From Octopus sinensis (taxonomy: Eukaryota), in contig NW_021827767.1 of NCBI RefSeq assembly GCF_006345805.1, positions 1 to 9,726 of the forward strand: DNA of 9,726 nucleotides. The letters are read 5' to 3'. Under the pieces are notes generated by a model. The model did no database searches. It was not told where the DNA came from and was given only the letters and a program-made list of their open reading frames with translations. The position numbers were made by a program, and so were the translations under genes. Each line of letters opens with the position of its first letter. Position 1 is the stretch's first letter. This document shows, piece after piece, positions 8,537 through 9,726 of this stretch.

Positions 8537-9403
8537 TTATAAATCTAATATTTTCCTATCCTTCCTTAATACCAGTTCCCATCTGCTATTCATATCTGCA
8601 CTCAGTCTGTTTAGAAGGTTGTTGGGTCCTAGCATATTTGCTGCTTCTTTTAGTTTTCGTATTTTCCAGTGGTGTTCTCTGTCTATTATTTTAACTTCAT
8701 CCCACAGGGGAGGTAGTGTCCATTTTTCCATACATTATCAGCTATTCCCGATATATCAATATCTCCCCGTGTCACAGCTTTGCGATGTTCGTCAACCCTT
8801 ATTTTGAGTGGGTGGCATGTTTCGCCTTTGTATAACCTACCACAGCTGCATGGTATGGAGTACACGCAGTTTTTTGGTCATATTCTCTTCTATTGGTGGT
8901 TTTACTCGAAGGAGATATAAGTGAAGTGTTGTATGTCTCTTGAATACTCTCCTGATGTCATATGGGCCGCATATCTTTTGTATCTTTTCGGAGAGGCCTT
9001 TCACATACGATAGACAGACTGTGGATAGTTTATTGGTTTCATATTCTCTTTTCTTCGTAATTGGAGTGGATAGTATATTTTTGGGGTAGTAGTGGCTTAA
9101 TAGATTGTTATTGAGCTTGATCATTTATTCGTGGTGTATATCACGATCGCTACTTATATTCTTTGCACGATGTTTAAGGCACTCTCTTTACACTGTATGG
9201 ATGGTGGAAGTTTAGGTATCGTCCAGTGAAGGTCGGCTTGCGGTATACGGATGTCCTGATCCATTCTTGGTGCGTGTTACTAATATGTCCAGGAATGCTA
9301 GTTGATTGTCTTTTTTTCCCTTTTCCATTGCGAACTGTATGGATGGCTTTATTGAGTTTATATGATCAAACAGCACTTGGACATCGGGTCCCACCACGAA
9401 GAT
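8537..9403 (-). pseudogene. disrupted PLE ORF: RT C-terminus/thumb + linker + GIY-YIG endonuclease
   Basis: Hand translation across frames: IFVV-GPDVQVLFDHINSIKPSIQFAMEK...LAFLDILVTR / RTSVYRKPTFTGRYLNF-HHPYSVK / CLKHRAKNISS...* / ...VCLSYVKGLSEKIQKIC... / NCVYSIPCSCGRLYKGETCHPLKIRVDEHRK...SGIADNVW / LWDEVKIIDREHHWKIRKLKEA...LNR...*. Frameshifts at ~9258, ~9180, 8870-8875 and ~8708; in-frame TAA at 9125-9127; terminal TAA at 8537-8539. Confidence 0.93.
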
Positions 9404-9475
9404 GGCTTTGGTTGGTTCGAGACTAACTAGTGTAGCTGGAAAGCAAGCTTCTTATCACACAGCCACTCCTGTGCT
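9404..9475 (-). mobile_element. SINE family A, 5' remnants (CORE-adjacent piece + head, with internal deletion)
   Basis: 9404-9425 matches 1300-1321 at 16/22. 9432-9475 (AAGCAAGCTTCTTATCACACAGCCACTCCT) matches the head at ~1374-1420. Confidence 0.7.
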
Positions 9476-9500
9476 TATATATATATATATATATTATATT
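9476..9500. repeat. (TA)n microsatellite
   Basis: Directly visible. Confidence 0.9.
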
Positions 9501-9615
9501 AAATTAGAGACAAAACCACTATTAGTCAAATCAAACAATGAAAGACTTAAGCCAATACATAAATTAATTTATATTATTTAAATATGTAACAATTATTAAA
9601 AAATATAATTAATAT

Positions 9616-9677
9616 CCACTACGATCGTTTCCTGTCTGCTGTCATCAATTTTTGAGTCGCAGTCATTCATCAGGTGG
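9616..9677 (-). ncRNA. type I hammerhead ribozyme, family 2, intact catalytic core
   Basis: Minus strand CCAC-CTGATGA-A-TGACTGC-GACTCA-AAAAT-TGATGACA-GCAGACA-G-GAA-ACGATCGT-A-GTGG. Stem I CCAC/GTGG, all core nucleotides present, palindromic stem III ACGATCGT (9621-9628), cleavage triplet GTA, predicted cut between 9620 and 9619. Confidence 0.85.
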
Positions 9678-9726
9678 TTTCAAAATTTTCTTGGCGAGTT
9701 TTAAACAATGATATAATAGAAATATT

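Larger units (their letters stand above)
8268..9403 (-). mobile_element. Penelope-like retroelement (Penelope/Poseidon-type), 5'-truncated and decayed, with 3' pLTR-like terminus
   Basis: RT C-terminal and GIY-YIG coding remnants at 8537-9403, followed by a hammerhead-containing terminal segment. Hammerheads in terminal repeats are an established PLE feature. The clade assignment is inference. Confidence 0.93.

Noticed and set aside
8502-9426. Plus-strand ORFs 8502-8807 and 9226-9426
   Set aside because: Antisense shadows of the PLE coding sequence.
9559-9572. Perfect 14-bp palindrome ATAAATTAATTTAT
   Set aside because: Pure A/T within a very AT-rich tract; expected by chance.

Overview
AT-rich, repeat-dense eukaryotic DNA, most likely from a coleoid cephalopod (Octopus-like SINE families and microsatellite load; inferred from memory, not searched). 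No intact protein-coding gene is supportable, and nearly all ORFs in the supplied track are (TA)n/(CA)n translation artefacts. The window holds three tRNA-derived SINE families (A: 485-894, 990-1420, split copy 8047-8260 + 9404-9475; B: tandem array 1875-2326, solo copy 6935-7134 with a 17-bp TSD, fragments; C: 1608-1877) and long microsatellites. It also holds a 5'-truncated, frameshifted Penelope-like retroelement (PLE; RT thumb + GIY-YIG endonuclease, minus strand, 8268-9403) that appears to have inserted into a family-A SINE. The most interesting signal is three hammerhead-ribozyme (HHR) cores from two families. One lies in the PLE 3' terminus just downstream of a tRNA-like A/B-box segment and has lost its cleavage site. 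One is a solo copy of the same terminus at 5487-5606. One is a different minimal type I HHR with an intact catalytic core and palindromic stem III at 9616-9677.
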